DNA from: Lama glama
Lineage: Eukaryota
Direction of reading: 5' to 3'
DNA length: 64,000 nucleotides
Assembly: GCA_028534125.1 (NCBI GenBank)
Contig: CM052818.1
Location: 27,344,001-27,408,000 of the forward strand
The position numbers and the translations under genes are program-made. The notes under the pieces were generated by a model that saw only the letters and a list, made by a program, of their open reading frames with translations, searched no databases and was not told the DNA's origin. This document shows, piece by piece, positions 53,769 through 64,000 of the stretch. Numbering within the stretch: position 1 is the stretch's first letter; every line of letters begins with the position of its first letter.

Positions 53769-53942
53769 CTTCAATCCTCTTCAAAGCTGAAAGGCACATA
53801 TCCTTCCGTGGAAATTCAAAGGGATTGTTACAGGTTCGAATGGTGTCACACTCACATTTCCCATTGATTATATTGCAGCCAGAGACAAGGTTTTCATTGC
53901 ATGGTTCAAAACCAAGCAGTTGGTCATCATCCCAGTTCTCAT
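53769..53942 (-). CDS. CRIM1: CRIM1 coding exon 2 (174 nt, phase 1-1): (D)ENWDDDQLLGFEPCNENLVSGCNIINGKCECDTIRTCNNPFEFPRKDMCLSALKRIE
   Basis: Acceptor ttttacag|ATGAGAAC and donor ATTGAAG|gtaagt. The peptide closely matches recalled human CRIM1 DENWTDDQLLGFKPCNENLIAGCNIINGKCEC... Lies inside ORF 53746..53964. Confidence 0.97.
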
Positions 53943-55829
53943 CTGTAAAACAATTAACAACCACATAATGTTTGCTTTGTTAGCTTTATTCAAAGACCTG
54001 TTCCAAAGCAAAAATGCGTAAGGATGTTAAGATGAACATCTGATTCTGACACCTCAATTTACAGAAAGGCGGTGTGGCCGCAATTTTACAAATGAATGAA
54101 ACCCAACCTCCTAATAAATGGGAAGACTGACATACAGCCATGCACGCCAACATTAAATAGCTATTTATGCAGACATCTGTAATCAAAAACCACTACTTCT
54201 CTGACGTGTTATTATAGTAATAATTCAGATTCCTTTACAGGTTTTAATTTTAAGCAAAGATTCCAGGACTTTCCCAAGTTCAGTAAAACTATAGGAGTTG
54301 CATCCGTCAATCTACAAAATTATTCCAAAAACCCCATGGTTTTTCCACTCTAGCTGGTAGAGACCAGCTTCAGGTTTAAAGCAGCTCTGCAACTTCCTAC
54401 ACCAAGTGGGGCTGACAAACGTGAACAGACCACCCCAAAGTCAGGGGTGGGGCACAAGAGAGGAGGCGCCCTCCAGGGCCCTTCAGCACAGATGCACATG
54501 TCTGTTACTGCCCGCAGCCAAAGCTGGAAACAACAAACAGAAAGAAGAGCTACAGCCTAGCGAGAGGTGGAGGTCGTCCAGTTCTGAAGCTGAGACCCAA
54601 TCAGCGTCCTGTGTCATGGAATGGAGCTGACTATAAGAAATAAAGTAGATTTTAAAACCAACTTTCATGGGACCCAGTTCAGACAAATGAAGCAAACAGG
54701 ACAGAACCAGAGGCAGACTCAAACCTTACTAATATTCCTCATAGCTGAAACACCTCTTGTAGGAAGCCGGACTATTTCTCTATGAGCCTCTGGGATGTTA
54801 TATGGGTTTTTCTTCCTCTTAACATTATCTTAACAGATACTTTATCACACTTTAACGGGTACCAACTATTAAATAGTAAACATGTTTCTGATAAACCATA
54901 TCTGGAGAGAATTTTTTTAAGTGCTTGAGTTTAAGATACTTAAACCTGCTGCTCAAAGTAAGGCAGGAATAAAACCATCTAAAGAATGTATTTTCACAGA
55001 AGACAGTGCAAACAAATGGCTATGATTTTCATAAGGCTAACTTTTCCTTCCAGTGACACCAACTTACTGCCTAGATCAGGGAAAGACTGTTCTCTTTCAC
55101 CAAAATAAATAATTTTCTTGTCAAGGGGTCTTTAGAAGAAAGTCACTTACAAAATAGAGTTTCAGGGCGATTCTTTGAAAAAGGAGAATAGCAAACCTCC
55201 TGTGTTTTGATTTCAGATCAGGCTCTCTTATTTAATCAAAGCTTCAGTTCTTAGTAAAACAATTTTAGAAGTTTAAACAAAAACACCAGTTATCTGCTAT
55301 AAAGTTTGTTTTCCTATTTAGCCTGTGTTTGGTCTTTAGAAATAACAGGTATATAACATGTACATACATGACAGAACATTCCTGTCTTCAAGATGACAAT
55401 GAAATTACTAAACTACTTCGAAAGGAAAATCAGAATATACTGAAACAACTCAACATGGTAAAATAAGTGATGATTTAGTCTTTAGTTACAGAACATGACA
55501 AAAAGGCACATGCAAAGGATTTCTTATCTCTGTATTTAATTATTGACCTGCTATCAGTACAACCAGCCTAATCCAGTTCAGTGAAATTTAACACGAAGGA
55601 ATTTTTGTGACTGTATATTCAGATTTGTAATTCAAAGTGAGTTTAACCCTAGGAACTTAAAAACTAGTAAAAAAAAAAGTAAATTTGAACCACTGAAAAA
55701 TTCTATTTCTCCTCTTTCTCGTCCCATATTCTGAGAAGAAATCTCTTTGTAAATATGTGCAGGTCATCTATTACCAAATTGAGTGATTTGGATGAAGATT
55801 TTTTCCCACAATAAACATCCCTTTCTTCC

Positions 55830-56450
55830 ATTATAACTGGAACTCCCTGAAGACATCACTCCTGAATCGCAGCAGCATTCTCCAACCTGTCTCCCTGCCA
55901 CTGCTCTCACCCTGCACCGCCCCACTCCCCACACTGTCATCAGTCCTCTTCCTCAAAGGACAAACCTGCTCAGTCTCTCTTGCCAACCAGAAAAGTCCAA
56001 ACTGTAGAACAGAAGGTTCCTCACAATAATAGCTTGTGCCTACCTGTGCAGACTCATGCAACAATCCCTCACACATCCCAATGCTTTAAGAAGCACACTG
56101 AGATTCTCACTACAAACCCTCAATAAATGCTCCCATGCCTTTGTTCATGGAGAACCATCTGCCTAGAACACCTCCTCCTCTCCCACACCTCCTCCTCTCC
56201 TTCCTCTGATGACTCCTATTCATCCTTCAAGATCCAATTCAAAGGTTACCTCTTTTCAGACATCTTCTCCAACCCTGAGCTGCTGTATCCTCTATGCTCC
56301 TACAAACACCCACACACATCTTTTGTCCTTTCTGGTAACGCTTTTAGGTATGTCAAACTTCCCCATTAAACAAAGTCCTCATGGGCAGGAGCCAGGTCTT
56401 ATCCAACTTTGTATCCCCCTCACCCTGGGATTTAGTACAGCATTTAATAA
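55830..56450 (+). mobile_element. L2 LINE 3' fragment
   Basis: gactcctattcatccttcaagatccaattcaaaggttacctcttt...catgggcaggagccaggtcttatccaactttgtatcccc. Confidence 0.65.
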
Positions 56451-57759
56451 CTATATATACATTTTATGTCACTGGTATGGTCCATGCTGCTGGCTATGGT
56501 TTTTATTTTTAATAGAAAGTATCTTGTCAAAAAATGTATACATAAAAAAACACAAAGAAAACTAAATTTCAATATAATGAACATGTTTACACAATAAAAA
56601 TCTCATCTTAAAAAGCTCATTAGTGGAATGTTAATGAGGCATGAATTCTGAAGAGATGCTCGGCCATCCTCTGGCACCTTTCTCTCCAGGCATCATCTGT
56701 CATTACTCTCCTTCCCAGCTCAGCTCTAGACCTCGGCCTCTTATCACCTGGCTGGCATCAACAGCCCTTCCAAGGAGTTCGTCTCAGAGCCAATTTGTTT
56801 TCACGGCCAGGTGCTTTTCACCACCTCCCCGGAGCAAGACCATTTTCCCTGAGTGTGGAATCAGAATTCAAAGGCAACTGTCCTTAATGCTCTTCCCGGC
56901 TCCTCCCTGCTCTCAGCAGAAAGGCAGCAGTGCCAGGCTGCACCTGGTGACGCACAGGTAAGCCTGCCCATCCCCTCGGGAAGTGACACCGCCACTGTGT
57001 CCAGTCCGAAGCCATCCGACTCTGATGCCAAAAATGACTTAAGTGCTTTTACTTCCTTCTCTGAGAGAAAGCCTTTTCAGTTCTCTGCCTCCATCCTAAT
57101 CAATACTTTGCTTTTCTTCTTGGCAAACAGTTCCCTTAGCAACCACTGCTTTATAAGATCAAGTACAACATGCTTCTGAGACAAATGCTTTTATGTTTTT
57201 CTATTACAGAACATTATACTTTAAAATAATTTAACAGCCAACCAACAGGGATTGAAAGCAAAAAATTTAGTGAGGTTTGATTATATGGAAACCAAATCTG
57301 AGCCCAACAGTGCTGCTGACAGCACTTGGCAAATCTGATGTTTTAAAATCTCTTTTCCTAAGTAAATCCACACATACAGCACAAAGATCAAGGTTCTGAT
57401 TCTGACATAGTTCCTGATTTCTCCTTGGACTGATCAGTGGGTTTGAAAAAAAAAAGGAGTTAGAAACAGGAGTACTGCCCTTTAACTATTTATATCAAGT
57501 AGTCTTTTTCCTGGTCCTCTCCATGTGACAAGAAGCCTGAAAGGTCAAGATAACTGAGACACAAACTTAAAAATACATTTGCAGAGGTAACTTCCGCAAA
57601 GTACCAAATCCTAATGTGATTTTCTCCAAATACGAAATGAGAGAAATCTAGCAATTCCATGGATAAATTAAAATGCATGTATGTTCAAATATGTCCAAAA
57701 TGTGAGTACTCCAGTAAAGAAGCGTCAGTTATAACTGCAAACCTAACAGTTCCACTGCG

Positions 57760-58185
57760 GTGTTTAGAAAACATCTGGAAATACGATGCTTTACCTGAAG
57801 ACAACTGAGGTATTTCAGGAAGGAGCAGGATTACTTTGTGCATACTGCCCTTTTCAGGGAGTAAGATGTGTAATCAAGGGTTGAAATTAAATAAAATTAA
57901 TAACTTACACTGCTTCGGGGCATTTTTAAGGGAAACTGATTTATTTGGTTTGTTATTTGGTTACTAGTATTTACTTCCCTGCAAGCGCATAGTGGTGACT
58001 GACTAGCACAGTTTGGGGCCAAAGCTGCTTCTCACGTGAAGATGCCAGCAGTTTTACCAGCACTGCTTCTGCGCCACCAGTGTAAACGTCAACACAGAAT
58101 AAAAGCAAATAACATGTTAATATTACTGTGAAAATAATTTTGACCTTGTACACTACCTGTGGCCCACACTCAGAACTGCTGTTCT
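57760..58185. mobile_element. hAT-Charlie1-family DNA transposon terminal fragment
   Basis: gatgccagcagttttaccagcactgcttctgcgccaccagtgtaaacgtcaacacagaataaaagcaaataacatgttaatattactgtgaaaataattttgacct...cacactcagaactgctg matches the recalled Charlie1 end. Confidence 0.7.
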
Positions 58186-60869
58186 AGAGAGCATGTCTTA
58201 CTGGTACACCTGGGCCAAGACAGCACAGGACCCACGTCTGAGAAGCAATAAAAGGACACTGAGGACCTCGTCTCCTAACAGTTATCACTGAACCATAAAA
58301 ACACGTATTTCTTTAATGTCATTTTAGTTAATACATACTTTGAAAAAAAATGATGTGACTATAATGCAGAAGGTGTGTTGGTTCATATGGGATTTTTCTT
58401 CCCAGAAGATTAATGTTATGAAAAGATCAGGAACAAGCTTTCTCACACTAAAAGGCAAAGTCTTCACAATTAAATAAACACCTTAAAAAAGGCTTGTAAT
58501 CTTGTTTAAATTCCTTCCTTTAGTGCAAGAAACAGTTGCTCTAATGGCTACACTTGCCACTACATTTAACTATCCGAGGAGGCTACATGTACAAATAAAA
58601 AGGCTAGAGACACATATTCTCCCCTGTGTTTAAAAATCATGATGAAGAAGCTTCCCCTGGATCTTATGTTCAATTCTGATGAAACTAGCCTCCATTAAAA
58701 GTAAATGTCTCCAAGGCCCCACGCCCAGAAGCAAGCAGCATGAGCTCAGGAGTGTGCAACGCTGCAAGGACGGGCTGCCCCGGCTCCAGGTGCAAATGTT
58801 ATGGGCAGCTTACCTGGGTCAGGGTTTTTATTTAGATTCTTATTATTTATATTATCCTCTGGGTACACAGTTTCACAGGTTTTAAGTGACCTATCCCTTC
58901 CCTCTTTTTTCCAACAACTCTCTTATTTTTAGTGCAGTGAATGGTTTTGCAGAATTTTTTTTTCTTTTAAGAGTGTACATATGGTACTAAAGCAAAAACA
59001 CTGAAACACCTGTACTTCCAATAGGCACCTTCAGTCTCATCCTGGACTTGGTCTTTCTGCTCCAGACTACTTTTCAATATTCTTGATGGTGCCTGAAATT
59101 CCTTCTTTCCACAGTTGATTTAACAGATTCTAAGTGTAAAGGCTAATGAGAAAAGAGTAGTGATTGTGAGGGTAGGAGTGGGGGCTTGGGGGAAAGGATG
59201 TGAAAGGAGTCTTGGAAGATGTACAGAGATACATGCAACTCCAGACCTGGAAAGCAGTGGCCCTGGGGGCTGCACTCACCCCCCGACACACACCCCGTGC
59301 CCAGGAGCTGGAGGAACCAGCCACGGCAACCCTAACTGGTTCTAGACTCCATCTCTCCGCTCCTCCAAATATCTTTCCGTCTGCATGCTGGTGTCTGAAA
59401 TTCCACTAACATGGGATAAAATGTTTCAGGTATGACTGCACTTATTGGACAAAGTACTGTGTGTTCATCTGAAATCTCCAACTTCCTGCAGGCAGAAGGC
59501 ATTTGTAGACTCAGAGCCTTACCTTTTCTACCTTTTATCAGCTTAGAGTAATGGAGTTTACTCCAAACCAAGATATGGCTGCACCCCATTATGTGGCATT
59601 CCATTTACCAGAAATATGCTACAGTAGATATTAAAAAGCAAGGCGCAAATTCATGGTACACACTCAGAAGCTCGCAGTAATGGAATTCTGTTGGCAGGAG
59701 AGAGGCTTCTGGGAATATATATCAAATTAATTCTCCAGCTGTTCACATATCCCTGTGGCTACAGTAAGATGCAAATAGCTAATATTGGCATCTCTTCCCA
59801 TGCCAGCCTAGAAACTCCTGTATAATGTACAATTGCTGCTCTTAACTCCCCCAGCTCCTGGCTGGCTGTTATCAGACATTCAGCTGTGCTCAAGGAGGAA
59901 TCTAATGCAGTGGGCTTTCATTCTCTCCACTTGCAGTTTAAGGCAGATATTCCAAAACCTGGTGCTTCCCTCTCCCTCTCTTTCTTGTGCTATCATCAGT
60001 GCAAAGCACGGAGGGCAAAATGATAGTTATCAGTAGAAACGATTCATGTTATAAAAATTTGTTTTATAGGCATTTCCACACAGTGAAACATGTTAGGCAT
60101 ATGTAACTATGTACCAGAGGCAAAGCCTGAATCTAAAACAATGGAAATACTAAAATACGCACACACAAAATTTTTAAAGACTCTTAAACCAATGCAACCT
60201 CCTAAATACATAAGAAACATGGCCACTGATTCATATTATGTTCAAGTGGGGAAGTCTTTAAAAAAAAAACACAGTACTGATCCAACTTACCAAACTAATT
60301 TACAGTAAAACATGTATGAATGATAAGTCACAGCAATGGAACATGCGCTTTCGTCAGACACTTCAGCAATACAACAGGAGGGGCCAGAGGGGAACTGTAG
60401 AACGTGAAGTCATTCATTTTCATTCATCCTTTCTTTCCAATCATTCATTCCTCAAACAGATACTGATACCTATCATACAGCAAAAACTGAACAAGGCGCT
60501 AAGGATTTAAAACACTAGAAAAGAGGTGTTTACAGTACAATTTCGCACCACTCTAATCAAAATCATACCAAATATGTGAATAAAATGTTCCTAGGAATCC
60601 TGAAACAGAGGAAAAGATTATGTAAGGGAAGGATAATTTCCTTTTTGGTAACAGGAAGCTGGTGGGGACAGAGAAGAGCTTAAAAGACAAAACTATGTCT
60701 CCAGAAGCAAGAAATTCATGAAACAAAACAAGGAAAGGAGAGACTGGGACTACAGGACACTACTCTCTGGTTTCACAGTTCTGCCTGAATTAGGAACTAT
60801 CTACCCTCAGCTGCACACACACAAAAGCAGAAAGGCCAGAGGTCTGTATCTCCCCACGGAGAGGTCCTG

Positions 60870-61000
60870 GCCCAGGAGACCACAATCTCAGCTCTGTCAC
60901 TAGAGTGACCTTGAGCAAGGCACTCAGCCCTCTGGGCTCCAATTTATTTCATTACTAAAATGGAGGTGGAATGGGTAATTTGTGAGGTCTCTTTAGACTT
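60870..61000 (+). mobile_element. MIR SINE remnant
   Basis: atctcagctctgtcactagagtgaccttgagcaaggcactcagccctctgggctcc...taaaatggagg. Confidence 0.7.
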
Positions 61001-61399
61001 CATCCTCGTGTTTCCTTGATTCTGGCATCTTTGTTGAAATTGTACAACGTTAATAATTTATCGGGCACAGTGTCAGAGAATCACATGTTTATGGTGGTCA
61101 TAATTTAAATTTAAAATAATTTCCCACTTAACAGGCCAGTCTGAGGTTTGGAAAACAGTAGCGATGCACAGTAAGGCAAGCCAGCCAAGAGTGCTTTCAA
61201 TGTAACAGATACCACTTTGCAGGGCCTTCCTAGCACTTCCAATTCTAGTCGATTTCCTGGCTGAGTTCTCAACAGATTAAAACAGGACCAGCCATGAACT
61301 GACAGCTGGTGAAGCACAACTGCCTCTCCTTCATATATATTTGGAAATTCCTTTGATAAATTTTTTTTAATGGAAGGGGATTATAGGAAAATTAACCAA

Positions 61400-61700
61400 A
61401 TATTTAAAAATGAAGAACAGAAATGTCACCTGTTAACACTGATGGGAGACAGCTAAGGCTGTGTTTAAAGAGAAATTTCACAGGAAGTAAGAAAGGTAAA
61501 AAAACAAATGAGCTAAGCATTTAAACGAAATTAGAAAAAGCACAACAAAGCAAGCCCAAAGAAACAAGAAAGATGGGGATAATAAATATACAGAGGAAAA
61601 AAAATCAGTGCAATAGAGATAAAAGCAACAGAGGTGATTAACATAATAAAAACTGGTTCTTCAAAAAGATTATTAAGACATCTCATAAATGGCTTATGAT
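61400..61700 (+). mobile_element. Old L1 ORF2 fragment
   Basis: Translations WETAKAVFKEKF (from 61443) and NWFFKKII (from 61651) resemble L1 ORF2p WDxxKAVxRGKF and SWFFEKIN. Confidence 0.7.
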
Positions 61701-64000
61701 GAACAGTCCCATAAAGCATGTCAACTCATCCAGGCACTTGGACATATATTTTTCAATCAGTTTCTCTTTGGCAGTTTTCACAGGAAGTTACTCAAAGTTA
61801 GACATTAAACAGTTACGTTTCTGAAAATTTTTAAAAATAATCTAAAACAAGACAGATGACTCTTCATGGAAATTCTTCCCTAGTGACAACTAGTTTGACT
61901 GTACCTAACGGTGCAGAACTCACCCCTCTTACATCTTCCTCTGCTTTGAGCCTGAACCCCAGTATGTCTCACGAATAATCTCAGGCTTTCTCCCTGGCCC
62001 ATGTTTGTGAGGTGCTGGACTGGCCTTCTAATCAGGCACATGTCATTATTAGACACACAGCCTCCTCTGAGCTTGAATGTCCACTAGAACATGTAACTCC
62101 TTGTTTAACCAGCTCCAAAGAATACTAGTTTAAGTTACCAAATGTACTGCTGCTGAAAAATTAATATATCTTAGTCGAGGGAAAAATTATCTTGGAGAAG
62201 TACCTTTATGTTTCACATTTCCTCTTCATCTAGATTCTCTAAAAAGCCATCCCTGAATTAAGCCAGATGACTCGCCATCCCTTAGGTACCCGCTCACAGT
62301 GTTTTATTCTATAGAGGCACCTTAGTGTAACACCCACTGAGAGTGTTTTAAGAACAGCCCCATCAAACTCTTAAGGATGTGAAGCTGGGAAGCAACAGTC
62401 TTCAAATACAGCTCAACATCTGGCTATTCAAGCCTTTGGCACAGAACCCAAAGCCTGTTTCGATCTGACCCCAGCCCACTTCTGCACCCGCACCCCCTCC
62501 GCTCCCCACCACTTACTCCAGCAACACCTCCTAATGACGTGCTCCCTGGGTGACCCACAGTGTTCATGACCCCATGGCTCTGCACAAGCTGTTCTCTCTG
62601 GCTAGAAAGCTGCTTCTCTTTACCTGCTTTGAAAGCTCTTACTTGGTCTTTAATACTTTCTCCAGGTTTTATCTACTCTACAGGGACTGAATTAAGTACT
62701 ATCTCCTCTGTAAGACTTCTGCTATATATCCATTAAAATTCTTTCACTTATGGCGGTATAATGAAATTGCTCATCTAATGTCTACCAGAAAGTGTGCTCT
62801 TTTTTCTCATTGGGCTGTCTTAGCAGTTTTAGTGAAACAGACGTCTGCAGAAGGAATAAACAGAAACGGGTTAGAACACAAGAGCACCTGAATTTAAACA
62901 CAGTAATCTGAATCTGAAAGTGCCAAACTTCTCTGGAAAGTAAGTCTGGTGGAAGGGGAAGAAAGTCAATTATTCAGAAATAACAGAGAAACATCTTTCG
63001 ATCTCAGTCTTCCTACTTGCGAAATATTAATACTAACTCAAGTCTTCTTTTAACCTCAACATGGTATTAACCAACCCTTCCATATATCAATAAATATTTA
63101 TGACGTGTCAAGTGAGTGAATGAATGTAACACTCCCCAGCCATGTTGGATAAATAAATAATAACTTAAATAATAAACTCTATTATCTCCCTCCCTACCAC
63201 TTTCGTCTATCATGTCCATAATTAGATAATGTGACACAAGTTAATGTCTCCTGCCAGAAAGGTACTTGTGGATATGAATAATGCACAGTCCCACTTTATA
63301 AATATTAATATCTGGTCTAACCTAAAATCTGTTAGTCAAATGACCAAGTGTCAAACAGAAGACCAGACACGGGAATGCCTTTTTTCTTGACTGTACTCAT
63401 CCAAAAGAGTGAACCACTCCAGGGAAAAGAAGAAATGTGGCCAGAATTTCAAACAACAACAAAATGAATGTGGTATTCTGAAAATAAGCACTATAAAGGA
63501 CATAAATTTGTCATTATAGTAGCTGAACAGTTAGCATAGGTAATGAAGCACATTTCACCCCCCAAGACAAATCTGATAACTGCTAACATTTCCAGAGTCA
63601 GGGACCCCACCAGGTGTTTTTTGTGGACTTACACATTTAGCTGAGGAGAAAAGTTAGCAACCAGGTCTGAATTCCACAAAGACTAGAGCATCAAGCAGGC
63701 GACGGGAGGGACTGAAGAAACAGGGAAGTAAGGCCGTCAAAGGGTTGGGCCAAATTTCAAGTTCAAGTGAGTCCAGGGAACCTGAGTACCAGGGAAAAGA
63801 CAGTGGGGGAGGGGGCACCGCTATTTTCCATCTCACGCTGGAGAAACTGGAGACCCAGGGCTGACGGTTGTCACCTAAGGGGCAGGCACAGCCTCTCTGA
63901 CACCCTCTCCTCCAAGACAAAAAGAGTTGCAGGAGCACCTCTGGAAACGGCCGAAGAACAGAAAACCCGACAACATAAACACGAAGTCCACTATTCTAAC

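Larger units (their letters stand above)
1..64000 (-). other. CRIM1: CRIM1 gene body (part of intron 1 through part of intron 4); both gene ends are outside the window
   Basis: Three in-order, frame-compatible exons match the recalled CRIM1 N-terminal cysteine-rich region. Intron 2 is 10548-53768 (~43.2 kb) and intron 3 is 9264-10304 (1041 bp). Confidence 0.96.

Noticed and set aside
58808..58988. Another sense-strand pseudoexon (acceptor tttttgctttag at 58988-58987, donor CAG|GTAAGC at 58814/58813)
   Set aside because: Short pyrimidine tract and no supporting context. Such pairs are frequent in long introns.
1..64000. Enrichment of AP-1 (TGASTCA) or TEAD (CATTCC) motifs
   Set aside because: Scattered copies are present, but by eye the numbers are close to chance expectation for 6-7-mers in 64 kb and I saw no convincing cluster.
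1..64000. A novel multi-gene system, nested gene or intact transposon/ERV
   Set aside because: No long ORFs, paired LTRs or additional recognisable coding exons. The content is explained by CRIM1 introns and decayed repeats.

Overview
Mammalian genomic DNA, very likely from a camelid, judged by two Vic-1-like tRNA-derived SINEs and a young L1 3' end. The window lies inside CRIM1 (cysteine-rich transmembrane BMP regulator 1), which is transcribed on the minus strand. It contains three coding exons with canonical GT-AG ends: exon 2 (53769-53942, 174 nt), exon 3 (10305-10547, 243 nt) and exon 4 (9143-9263, 121 nt). Exon 1 lies beyond the right edge and exon 5 beyond the left edge. The other ~99% is intron with ordinary mammalian repeats (L1, L2, CR1, MIR, MaLR LTR, hAT-Charlie MITEs, a mariner remnant, microsatellites). 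Nearly all ORFs in the supplied track are spurious. I see no convincing new biological system. The leads worth checking are at the RNA-processing level: a possible exon 2-4 circRNA with a junction-terminated ORF, a NAGNAG acceptor, candidate poison exons or cryptic acceptors, and an antisense exon-like segment. Repeat family names come from recall of consensus sequences, not from a database search, and repeat boundaries are approximate.
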